Under the pieces are notes generated by a model that was given only the letters and a program-made list of their open reading frames with translations, was not told where the DNA came from and did not search any database. Of a DNA stretch of 64,000 nucleotides, positions 12,019-20,632 are shown in pieces. Position 1 is the stretch's first letter. Every line of letters starts with the position of its first letter. Both the position numbers and the translations under genes were made by a program. Source of the DNA: Clostridia bacterium (GTDB lineage Bacteria; Bacillota; Clostridia; TANB77; CAG-508); NCBI GenBank assembly GCA_017536685.1, contig JAFXGW010000003.1, positions 11-64,010 of the forward strand. The letters are read 5' to 3'.

Positions 12019-12678
12019 ATGGTTACATTTGAAGATGTTGTTAATAACGAAGAAGTAAAAGAACTTATAAAAAATGCTCAAAAACAACTAGATGTATTAG
12101 GATATACAGAACATTCTACACGACATGTTTCTGTTGTTGCAGAAAGAGCAGCAGATGTTTTGAGAACTTTAGGATATGACGAGCATAGAATTGAACTTGC
12201 AAGAATTGCTGGATATATGCATGATATTGGAAATTCTGTAAATAGAGTAGATCATGCTCATACTGGAGCAATACTTGCTTATAATATTTTAAAAGATATG
12301 AATATGAACGTTTCTGATAGAACGGAAATTATGATGGCAATAGGGAATCATGATGAACACACAGGAACTGCAGTAAGCGATATATCAGCAGCTTTAATTT
12401 TAGCTGATAAATCTGATGCACATAGAAGTAGAGTTTCAAAAAAAGATAGAAGCTTATTCGATAAGCACGATGAAGTTAATTATGCTGTTACTCATTCAGA
12501 ATTGAAAATTGATACTGAAGAAAGAAAAGTTATACTTAATTTGACGATAGATACAAAAATTTGTCCAGTTATTGATTATTTTGAAATTTTTATGGAAAGA
12601 ACTAAAATGAGCAAAAGAGCAGCAAAATATTTAGGTTTATGGTTTGAATTAATTATCAATGATACAAACTTATTATAG
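12019..12678 (+). CDS. HD-domain phosphohydrolase
   Basis: 219 aa. H...HD signature (STRHVSVV ... YMHDIGNSVNRVDHAHTGA ... GNHDEH) is present. SD AAGGAGG lies upstream. Confidence 0.75.
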   Translation: MVTFEDVVNNEEVKELIKNAQKQLDVLGYTEHSTRHVSVVAERAADVLRTLGYDEHRIELARIAGYMHDIGNSVNRVDHAHTGAILAYNILKDMNMNVSDRTEIMMAIGNHDEHTGTAVSDISAALILADKSDAHRSRVSKKDRSLFDKHDEVNYAVTHSELKIDTEERKVILNLTIDTKICPVIDYFEIFMERTKMSKRAAKYLGLWFELIINDTNLL

Positions 12679-12690
12679 GAGGTAATAGAA

Positions 12691-14070
12691 TTGGAGAAGG
12701 TTTTAAAAATAGTTAAAGTAATAGCTATAACAATAATAATGCTTTTAATAATAGCAATAGGTTTTTTTGGAGTATATGCAAAATATAATGGAGTATGGAA
12801 TAACATATTACCTGAATATAATTTAGGAATGGAACTTGCAGGGTATAGGGAATTACATTTTGAATTAGATTCTTCAGAAGAAACAAAGGATATTTTTGTT
12901 GATGAAAATGGAAATTATAAAGGTGATGTTGCTACAGGTAAAGAAGAGGGGGACACTTCTACTGAAGAGATAGCAACAGAAAAAAATTATAAGATTGAAA
13001 ATAGAACAATAGCAGCAAATGATTCTGACAAAATAAATATAGAAAATTTTGAAAAAACACAGAAAATTATACAAAAAAGATTAGAAAAGTATGATTCATA
13101 TGAATATAATTTAAGACAAGATTCTGTTACCGGAAAAATCATATTAGAAATTCTTGATGATGAAGACGTTGACTTAAATGCTTCAATTGTTACAACAATA
13201 GGAAAACTAAGTCTTGTTGACACAGAAACAGGAGTAATATTGTTAGATGATTCTAATTTGTATAAAGCATCTCCATTTAGTAATACTAGTGAAAATGGTG
13301 AATATCAAGTTTATTTAGGATTAGAATTTGATCAAACTGGAAAACAAATTTTAAAAGAGATAACAGAAAAATATACTAAAGTTACTGACAAAGATGGAAA
13401 TGATATTTCAAAAAATATTGATGTAAGACTTGATAATCAAACAATAATATCAACACATTTTCAAGATACAATTTCATCTGGAACGATACATGTTCCAATA
13501 GGTGCTAGTACTACAGATTATAGTGAATATTTGGAATTACTAAATAATGTTAAAGAAGTTTCTGATATAATAAATGAAGAAAACATGCCTTTACAATATA
13601 AAGTTACTGAACAAGCAAAGATACAATCTATAATAACAGAGAATGTTAGAAATAATATTATTATTGTTTGTGCTATTTTAATATTAGTTATTTCTCTATA
13701 TATAATAATTAGATATAAATTAGAAGGATTAAGACAAGCTATATTAAATATAGGATATTTGGCATCATTAACAATTTTATTTAGATATACCAATGTTGCA
13801 ATTACATTTAATTCTTTGATTGCATTAGTTGGTGTAGTAGTAGTTAACTATATTTTTGCAATTAGATTCTTGAATGAATTGAAAAAGGTAAATAATAGAA
13901 AAATAGCTTTGAAAACTACTTTGAAAGGATTATATCTAGCAATTGTTCCAGTAGTTATAATTGCAGTAATATTTACATTTATGTCTGCTTTAGTAATAAA
14001 TAGTGTGGGAATGACTTTATTCTGGGGACTACTATTACAACTGCTATTTAGCTTAATTACGCTTATTTAA
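12691..14070 (+). CDS. secD: Divergent SecD-like protein-export membrane protein
   Basis: TTG start preceded by SD AGGAGG. The protein has an N-terminal TM, then a large periplasmic-type domain (LGMELAGYRELHFEL, QKRLEKYDSYEYNLRQDSVTGKIILEI, IGKLSLVD), then 5 C-terminal TMs. Its genomic position downstream of queA-tgt matches many Firmicutes. The TM4 motif reads GVVVVNYIFAIRFLNE instead of the canonical GMAVDANVLIFERIRE. Confidence 0.6.
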   Translation: MEKVLKIVKVIAITIIMLLIIAIGFFGVYAKYNGVWNNILPEYNLGMELAGYRELHFELDSSEETKDIFVDENGNYKGDVATGKEEGDTSTEEIATEKNYKIENRTIAANDSDKINIENFEKTQKIIQKRLEKYDSYEYNLRQDSVTGKIILEILDDEDVDLNASIVTTIGKLSLVDTETGVILLDDSNLYKASPFSNTSENGEYQVYLGLEFDQTGKQILKEITEKYTKVTDKDGNDISKNIDVRLDNQTIISTHFQDTISSGTIHVPIGASTTDYSEYLELLNNVKEVSDIINEENMPLQYKVTEQAKIQSIITENVRNNIIIVCAILILVISLYIIIRYKLEGLRQAILNIGYLASLTILFRYTNVAITFNSLIALVGVVVVNYIFAIRFLNELKKVNNRKIALKTTLKGLYLAIVPVVIIAVIFTFMSALVINSVGMTLFWGLLLQLLFSLITLI

Positions 14071-14107
14071 ATGTGTAATGTATAATAAAGATATAAGGAG
14101 AGAAGTA

Positions 14108-14761
14108 ATGAAATTAAGTGGAAGTAAAAAAATACTATTATTAGGAATAATACTTTTAATAATTGCAGGAATTGTTGTTGTTGCTCTTAAAGGAGTTAAA
14201 GTTTCTTTAATATTACAACAACACGAAGAAATAAATATTTATATAGGTAAACCAACAAATTTAAAAGATATGAAAGATATTTGTAAAGAGGTATTTGGAA
14301 ATAAACAAGTTATTGTAAATGATTTAGATGTTTTTAAAGACGCATATTCAATTAGTGTAGAATCTGTTACAAATGAAGAAAAGGATGAATTAATAAATAA
14401 AGTAAATGAAAAATACGGAGTAGAAATCACATTAGAAGATATTTCTGAAAAAACAATTTCTAATATAAGAGTAAGAGATATCATAAGACCATATATTAAA
14501 CCTGTTTTAATTTCTGCTATATTAATTGCTGTATATATGATTATTAGATTTAGAAAAGAAAATGCATTGAAATTGCTAGGTAAAATTGCTGGAATTATAC
14601 TTTTAACTGAAGCTGTAATATTTAGTGTTATTGCGGTGCTTAGAATACCATTATCTGCAATAATGATTAATATAATGGCTGTTATAGCTGTTGTAGAATT
14701 ATGTACTTATATATACAAATTAGAGAGTAAAACAGTTATAAAAGCAGAAAAGTATAAATAA
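14108..14761 (+). CDS. secF: Short SecF-like membrane protein
   Basis: ATG 14108 is preceded by SD AAGGAGAG, whereas the ORF-track start 14078 lacks one. The protein has an N-terminal TM, a ~100-aa extracytoplasmic domain, and only ~3 further TMs. It is adjacent to the secD-like gene. Confidence 0.45.
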   Translation: MKLSGSKKILLLGIILLIIAGIVVVALKGVKVSLILQQHEEINIYIGKPTNLKDMKDICKEVFGNKQVIVNDLDVFKDAYSISVESVTNEEKDELINKVNEKYGVEITLEDISEKTISNIRVRDIIRPYIKPVLISAILIAVYMIIRFRKENALKLLGKIAGIILLTEAVIFSVIAVLRIPLSAIMINIMAVIAVVELCTYIYKLESKTVIKAEKYK

Positions 14762-14808
14762 CTTTTAGATTAATTTTGTAAATAGAAAAATTAAATATTT
14801 AAAAAGTA

Positions 14809-14837
14809 TTGATTTTTTGAGTTAAATGTAGTAAAAT
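14809..14837 (+). promoter_or_regulatory. Putative rpsO promoter (TTGATT-17-TAAAAT)
   Basis: Hexamers at 14809-14814 and 14832-14837. Confidence 0.45.
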
Positions 14838-14928
14838 ACATTATGTAAAAAATGCCATGTACTTGGTTTCTAGGAAAAACCTACTTTTTACTCAGTTCAT
14901 GGAAAAAATATAAAAAAATAGGAGGAAA

Positions 14929-15198
14929 ATGACAATGACAAGAGAAAGAAAACAAGAATTAATTAATCTTTATAAAAGAGAAGAAAATGATACTGGTTCT
15001 CCAGAAGTTCAAATAGCTCTTTTAACAGAAAGAATTTCTGAACTAACAGAACACTTAAAAGCACACAAAAACGATAATCACTCAAGAAGAGGATTATTAA
15101 AAATGATAGGAAAAAGAAGAAACCTATTAAACTACTTAGCTGAAAAAGATATTAACAGATACAGAGAAATCGTTAAAAAATTAAATTTAAGAAAATAA
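14929..15198 (+). CDS. rpsO: 30S ribosomal protein S15
   Basis: 89 aa. [48 protein letters not shown] is unmistakably S15. SD AGGAGG lies upstream. Confidence 0.97.
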   Translation: MTMTRERKQELINLYKREENDTGSPEVQIALLTERISELTEHLKAHKNDNHSRRGLLKMIGKRRNLLNYLAEKDINRYREIVKKLNLRK

Positions 15199-15202
15199 TT
15201 TT

Positions 15203-15236
15203 AAAAAGAGCTTGTACAAAATGCAAGCTCTTTTAT
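15203..15236 (+). terminator. rpsO terminator
   Basis: AGAGCTTG (15207-15214) pairs with CAAGCTCT (15224-15231), followed by a T-run. Confidence 0.8.
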
Positions 15237-15608
15237 ATTTTATATTAAAATAATATTCTAAATGTGAAAAAATAAAAAAAACGAAACCTCTTTTGTTTTT
15301 TGAGGTATTACTTAAAAAAATAATAAATTTATCTAATTTTTAAGCGAGAGTAATATTCGATTATTTATATAAATATTATAACATATTAATGATTAAAATC
15401 AAAAATTAATTATATTGCAATTTTTTTCTTTTTATAGTAAAATATTTATGGTTATTTATTTGAAAGAGTAGCTTGTACAATGTATTAATCTTATTCTTAA
15501 AGCTATCTAAATAAATATTGTATAATCTATGATTATTATAATGATAATATATTGTAGAGGTTACATTTCAAATAAATAGAAAAATAAATTAATAGGAGGA
15601 AATGTAAA

Positions 15609-17714
15609 ATGTTTAAAACTTACAGTATGGATTTAGCAGGAAGACTATTGACAATTGAAACAGGAAAAATGGCTGGACTTGCCAATGGTAGCGTTTTAGT
15701 AAAATATGGTGAAACAACAGTGCTTGTAAATGCTACAGCATCAAAAGAACCAAAAGAAGGAATTGATTTCTTTCCACTATCAGTAGAATATAGTGAAAGA
15801 CTATATGCAGTAGGAAAAATCCCTGGAGGATATACAAAAAGAGAAGGAAAACCATCAGATAAAGCAATATTAACTTCAAGAGCAATTGATAGACCTTTAA
15901 GACCATTATTCCCTAAAGATTTTAGAAATGACGTTGTAATTGATTGTTTAGTATTATCAGTAGAACAAGATTGTTCTCCAGAAGTATGTGCAATGATTGG
16001 TGCATCAGCAGCACTATCTATTTCAGATATTCCATTTGGTGGACCAACAGCTGCTGTATCAGTTGGATTTATAGATGGACAAGTTATAATAAACCCAACA
16101 GAAGCTCAAAGAGAGGTTTCTAGATTAAACTTAACATTAGCTGGAACAGCTGATAAAATAGCTATGATTGAAGCTGGAGCTTATGAGTTAACAAATGAAG
16201 AAATGTTAACAGCTATAAAAACAGCTCACGTAGAAATTAAAAAAGTTTGTGAATTTATTCAAACTATGAAAGACGAAATAGGAAAAACAAAATTTGAATA
16301 CAAATCTTTTGCAGTAAATGAAGAAGTTTATAATGTTATTGCTGAAGAGTTTGGTGAAAGAATGAAAATAGATGTTCAAACACCAGATAAACCAGAAAGA
16401 GATGCAAAGATAGATAAACTTTCAGAAGATGTTAAAGCTTGGTACGTAGAAAAATTCGGTGAAGAAAAAGCTGAAGAAGATAAATCTGATATTGCAGATT
16501 CTATTTATAAATTAGAAAAGAAAACTGTTAGAAAATTAATTCTTGAAGAAGGAAAAAGAGTTGATGGTAGAGGAATCTACGACATAAGAGAATTATCTTG
16601 TGAAGTTGGATTAATTCCTAGAGTTCACGGAAGTGGATTATTCAATAGAGGAAGAACACAAGTAATGTCAATTGCAACACTTGGTATGAAATCAGAAGAA
16701 CAAATGCTTGATGGGTTAGATAATGAAGAATCAAAAAGATATATGCATCAATATAATTTCCCAGGATACAGTGTTGGTGAAGCAAAAGCTTCAAGAGGAC
16801 CTGGAAGAAGGGAAATTGGACACGGTGCTTTGGCTGAAAAAGCATTAGTTCCAGTATTACCATCAGTTGAAGAATTTCCATATGCAATAAGAGTAGTATC
16901 TGAAATTTTAAGTTCAAATGGTTCTACTTCGCAAGGAAGTATTTGTGCTTCAACTCTTGCTTTAATGGATGCTGGTGTTCCAATTAAAAAACCAGTTGCT
17001 GGTATTTCAACAGGATTAATTACAGACGAAAACGATCCTTCAAGATATGTTGTTATAACAGATATTCAAGGAATTGAAGATTTCTTTGGAGATATGGACT
17101 TTAAAGTTGGTGGAACTAGAGATGGTATTACAGCTATCCAAGTTGATATCAAAGTTGACGGATTAAGCTATGAAATAATTGCAGAAGCTTTTGATAGAAC
17201 ATTAAAAGCTAGACAATATATCTTAAATGATATAATGGCTCCACAAATAGCAGAACCAAGAAGTGAAATTTCTAAATATGCTCCAAAAATTGTTAATATG
17301 AAAATAAATCCAGAAAAAATCAAAGATGTTATTGGATCTGGCGGAAAAACAATTAACAAAATTATTGATGAAACTGGAGTTAAAATTGATATTGAAGAAG
17401 ATGGTTCAGTATTTATTTATTCAGATAATTTAGAAGGTGCACAAGCAGCTCAAAGAATAGTAGAAGAAATTACTAGAGAAATTGAAGTAGAAGGAATCTA
17501 TACAGGAAAAGTTGCTAGAATAGCTACATTTGGTGCATTTATTGATTTAGGTGGAGGAAAAGAAGGATTACTTCATATATCAAAAATAGCAAAAGAAAGA
17601 ATCAATAAAGTTGAAGATGTATTAAAACTTGGAGATGAAGTAACTGTTAAAGTTTACGAAATCGATGATCAAGGAAGAATCAATTTAACTAGAAAAGATT
17701 TATATACAGAATAA
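15609..17714 (+). CDS. pnp: Polyribonucleotide nucleotidyltransferase (PNPase)
   Basis: 701 aa with two RNase PH domains, a KH domain (KIKDVIGSGGKTINKI) and an S1 domain (GKVARIATFGAFIDLGGGKEGLLHIS). Confidence 0.97.
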   Translation: MFKTYSMDLAGRLLTIETGKMAGLANGSVLVKYGETTVLVNATASKEPKEGIDFFPLSVEYSERLYAVGKIPGGYTKREGKPSDKAILTSRAIDRPLRPLFPKDFRNDVVIDCLVLSVEQDCSPEVCAMIGASAALSISDIPFGGPTAAVSVGFIDGQVIINPTEAQREVSRLNLTLAGTADKIAMIEAGAYELTNEEMLTAIKTAHVEIKKVCEFIQTMKDEIGKTKFEYKSFAVNEEVYNVIAEEFGERMKIDVQTPDKPERDAKIDKLSEDVKAWYVEKFGEEKAEEDKSDIADSIYKLEKKTVRKLILEEGKRVDGRGIYDIRELSCEVGLIPRVHGSGLFNRGRTQVMSIATLGMKSEEQMLDGLDNEESKRYMHQYNFPGYSVGEAKASRGPGRREIGHGALAEKALVPVLPSVEEFPYAIRVVSEILSSNGSTSQGSICASTLALMDAGVPIKKPVAGISTGLITDENDPSRYVVITDIQGIEDFFGDMDFKVGGTRDGITAIQVDIKVDGLSYEIIAEAFDRTLKARQYILNDIMAPQIAEPRSEISKYAPKIVNMKINPEKIKDVIGSGGKTINKIIDETGVKIDIEEDGSVFIYSDNLEGAQAAQRIVEEITREIEVEGIYTGKVARIATFGAFIDLGGGKEGLLHISKIAKERINKVEDVLKLGDEVTVKVYEIDDQGRINLTRKDLYTE

Positions 17715-17727
17715 TATATAAGTAACT

Positions 17728-17768
17728 AAAAAACGAACATAGATTTTATTATTTATGTTCGTTTTTTA
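17728..17768 (+). terminator. pnp terminator
   Basis: AAACGAACAT (17731-17740) pairs with ATGTTCGTTT (17755-17764), followed by a T-run. Confidence 0.85.
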
Positions 17769-17858
17769 TTGTATAAATATTTATTATATGAATTGCAATA
17801 GAGGTGTAAAAATCTAATAATATTTGTATGTCATATTTGATTTGTTTTTGTGAAAGAC

Positions 17859-17886
17859 TTGATTTTTAAAATTTTAATGATATAAT
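17859..17886 (+). promoter_or_regulatory. Putative promoter (TTGATT-16-TGATATAAT)
   Basis: An extended -10 element ends at 17886. It lies ~250 nt upstream of the GT2 gene. Confidence 0.4.
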
Positions 17887-18041
17887 CGCAAAGGTTGTTT
17901 AAGATTTTGGAAAAAAATAAGGAATAATATAAAATTAATTTTATAAAATAATAATAAAAACATATAATAAAATACTGATAATAGTTTATAGTTAGAGGAA
18001 ATGTAACAATGTTACAAAAATCTTAATTTTATGTAAAAAAC

Positions 18042-18070
18042 TTGAAAAAATTTCCATAAAATGTTATAAT
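18042..18070 (+). promoter_or_regulatory. Putative promoter (TTGAAA-17-TGTTATAAT)
   Basis: Hexamers at 18042-18047 and 18065-18070 with an upstream TG. It lies 65 nt upstream of ATG 18135. Confidence 0.5.
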
Positions 18071-18134
18071 AAAAACTGTGTAATAATGTAAACTATATAA
18101 AAAATGAATAAAAATGTATGAAAAGAGGTTTAAA

Positions 18135-19373
18135 ATGAAATATTTATATCTTTTACAACAAGCATTGATATGGATAATAACAATTTATTGGGCATATCAA
18201 ATTGTAGTTAGTTTTTGTTCTTTAATCAAATTAAAAGATAAAAAATTATTAATTGAAAAAGATCATAAATTTATGGCTGTAATACCAGCTCATAACGAAG
18301 AAACAGTAATAAAGAATCTTGTAGAGAGTTTATCAAATCAAAACTATCCAAAAGAATTATACGATATATATGTTATTGCAGATAATTGTACAGATGCAAC
18401 AGCAGAAATTACAAAAGAAGCTGGAGCTATTGTTTTAAAAAGATTTGATGATGTCAATAGAACAAAAGGGCATGCATTAAATTGGTTTATAAAACAAAAA
18501 ATTGATGAAAATGCAGATTATGATGCACTTTGTGTATTTGATGCTGATAATATAGTAGATAAAAACTTTTTGAAAAATATGAATAAAAAGTTATGTCAAG
18601 GTGAAGAAGTAGTTCAAGGATATAGAGATATAAAAAATCCTACAGATTCATGGATTTCTGGAGGATATGCAATATTCTATTGGATGATGCACAGATTTTA
18701 TCACTTAGCTAGATATAATTTAGGATTATCTCCATTATTAAATGGAACTGGATTTATGGTAAAATTTGATTTATTAAAACCAAATGGATGGCAAACAATT
18801 ACATTAACAGAAGATATTGAATTTTCATTAATAAATATAGCACAAGGAAGAAAATTAGGTTGGGCAGTTGATGCAATAGTATACGACGAACAACCAGTTA
18901 CATTTAAAGCAAGTTGGTCACAACGTTCTAGATGGACTGTTGGACATTTGCAATGTATGAAAGAATATACAGGAAAATTAATTAATGGAGTAAAAGAATA
19001 CAAAACATTAATGAATTTTGATGGTGCCTTATACTTATTCGGTATTCCAATGATGCTTTTAACATTCTTGTTACTAGGTGTTAATACATTATTATATTTA
19101 GGTGCTGAAATGACATTTATGGATTTGGTTGGTAATTTCTCTAGATACTTGTTCGCAACTTTCTGCATGCCAGTTGTTACAGGAGTTGCAATTATGGCTT
19201 TAGAAAAGAAACCAATAAAGCCTATGATTAAAGGAATCTTAATGTATCCTATATTTATGGGGTCTTGGATAATAATAAATATTAAATGTTTAATTAGACC
19301 AAATACAAAATGGGAAAAAATTGAACACGTTAGAGATATTAATATACAAGAAGTTAAAAGAGTTACAAATTAA
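18135..19373 (+). CDS. Family 2 glycosyltransferase, membrane-embedded processive type
   Basis: AVIPAHNEE, the DxD-type motif VFDADN, and the QxxRW motif (SQRSRWTVGH) are present. The N-terminal TM and several C-terminal TMs resemble polysaccharide synthases. Start 18135 has the SD AAGAGG. Confidence 0.75.
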   Translation: MKYLYLLQQALIWIITIYWAYQIVVSFCSLIKLKDKKLLIEKDHKFMAVIPAHNEETVIKNLVESLSNQNYPKELYDIYVIADNCTDATAEITKEAGAIVLKRFDDVNRTKGHALNWFIKQKIDENADYDALCVFDADNIVDKNFLKNMNKKLCQGEEVVQGYRDIKNPTDSWISGGYAIFYWMMHRFYHLARYNLGLSPLLNGTGFMVKFDLLKPNGWQTITLTEDIEFSLINIAQGRKLGWAVDAIVYDEQPVTFKASWSQRSRWTVGHLQCMKEYTGKLINGVKEYKTLMNFDGALYLFGIPMMLLTFLLLGVNTLLYLGAEMTFMDLVGNFSRYLFATFCMPVVTGVAIMALEKKPIKPMIKGILMYPIFMGSWIIINIKCLIRPNTKWEKIEHVRDINIQEVKRVTN

Positions 19374-19397
19374 TATTTTTAGTGAAATATATTTATA

Positions 19398-19440
19398 AAA
19401 AATAGAAGAAAGCATCAAAACGTTTTCTTCTATTTTTTAT
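19398..19440 (+). terminator. Rho-independent terminator
   Basis: AATAGAAGAAA (19401-19411) pairs with TTTCTTCTATT (19424-19434), followed by a T-run. Confidence 0.8.
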
Positions 19441-19469
19441 TTAATAGGAAAGTTCTTATTTCCTATTAA
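19441..19469. repeat. Perfect 11-bp inverted repeat (second hairpin right after the terminator)
   Basis: TTAATAGGAAA (19441-19451) pairs with TTTCCTATTAA (19459-19469). Confidence 0.6.
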
Positions 19470-19713
19470 ATAAAACGCTGCGAATAACAAATGTACACAA
19501 ATTTTATTGTATAAATTTAATATGAGAATCGAGATATGCAATAAATAATTTTATTAAAACTGAAGAAAAAAGTAGAATTGTTGCTGTTTTTTGAATTTAA
19601 AACTTTAAAATAATGGTCGATTATACTTGTAAAAAAATGAAAAAAATGATAGTATAGCATTGTGTATATTTAAGCACAAAATATCAAAAATAAGGACAGA
19701 AGGGAAATGTTTT

Positions 19714-20631
19714 ATGCTAGATTTAGAAAGGCAATTACAAGAAATTGTAAAGAGAGATAACGTTTTAAAAAATGAACCTATGTCTAAACATACTTCATTA
19801 AAAATTGGAGGAATAGCAGACTATTTCATTAAAGTCAAATCAGTAGATGAATTAAAAAATATTTTAGAACTTACAAATAGAAATAAAATAAAAACAACAA
19901 TTGTAGGAAACGGTACAAACCTTTTAGTAAAAGATGCCGGGATAAGAGGAGTTGTAATTAAATTAGAATTAAATGAATTTAAAATAAAGAAAACGGCAAA
20001 TGAAATTTTAATAACTGTTGGTTCTGGAATGACGCTTGCTGCATTAGCTGCTATTGCATTAAAAGAAGAAATATCTGGATTGGAATTTTTAGCAGGAATA
20101 CCAGGAACAATTGGTGGTGCCATAAGAATGAACGCAGGGGCCTATGGCTCTGAAATGAAAGATATTGTTGTTAAAACAAGATACATGACTTATGATGGCA
20201 AAATTAAAACTTTAGATTTAGATGAACATGAATTTATGTATAGAAATAGTATTTTTTCAAAATTGAACGTATTTATTATCGATACAACAATAAGGGTTAA
20301 AAAAGGAAATAAAGAAGAAATAGAAAGCAAAATGAATGAATATTCTATGTCTAGAAAAAAATCACAACCTTTAGAATATCCAAATGCTGGTAGCACATTT
20401 AAAAGAAAAGAAGGAATAATAACAGCCAAATTAATTGATGAATGCGGCTTAAAAGGATTTAATGTAGGCGATGCAGAGGTTTCTACAAAACATGCAGGAT
20501 TTATAGTAAATAAAGGAAAAGCTACTGCAAAAGATTTTTTAGAATTAGTTGAATATATCAAAAAAGAAATAAAAAATAAAACTGGATTAGACATAGAATT
20601 AGAAATATTGGTAATAGGAGAGGATAAATAA
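19714..20631 (+). CDS. murB: UDP-N-acetylenolpyruvoylglucosamine reductase
   Basis: The FAD-binding domain motifs HTSLKIGGIADYF and VGNGTNLLV, plus AGSTFKR, are present. ATG 19714 is preferred because of the SD GAAGGGAAA. Confidence 0.92.
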   Translation: MLDLERQLQEIVKRDNVLKNEPMSKHTSLKIGGIADYFIKVKSVDELKNILELTNRNKIKTTIVGNGTNLLVKDAGIRGVVIKLELNEFKIKKTANEILITVGSGMTLAALAAIALKEEISGLEFLAGIPGTIGGAIRMNAGAYGSEMKDIVVKTRYMTYDGKIKTLDLDEHEFMYRNSIFSKLNVFIIDTTIRVKKGNKEEIESKMNEYSMSRKKSQPLEYPNAGSTFKRKEGIITAKLIDECGLKGFNVGDAEVSTKHAGFIVNKGKATAKDFLELVEYIKKEIKNKTGLDIELEILVIGEDK

Positions 20632-20632
20632 A

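Noticed and set aside
18701-19168. A 155-aa minus-strand ORF lies inside the GT2 gene. Many similar antisense ORFs appear in the track (e.g. 20190-20594, 19821-20123, 36007-36336, 36487-36789, 54244-54597, 58490-58864).
   Set aside because: These ORFs lie fully inside well-supported + strand genes. They have hydrophobic or low-complexity compositions typical of shadow frames in AT-rich DNA, and they lack SD sequences. I treated them as non-coding.
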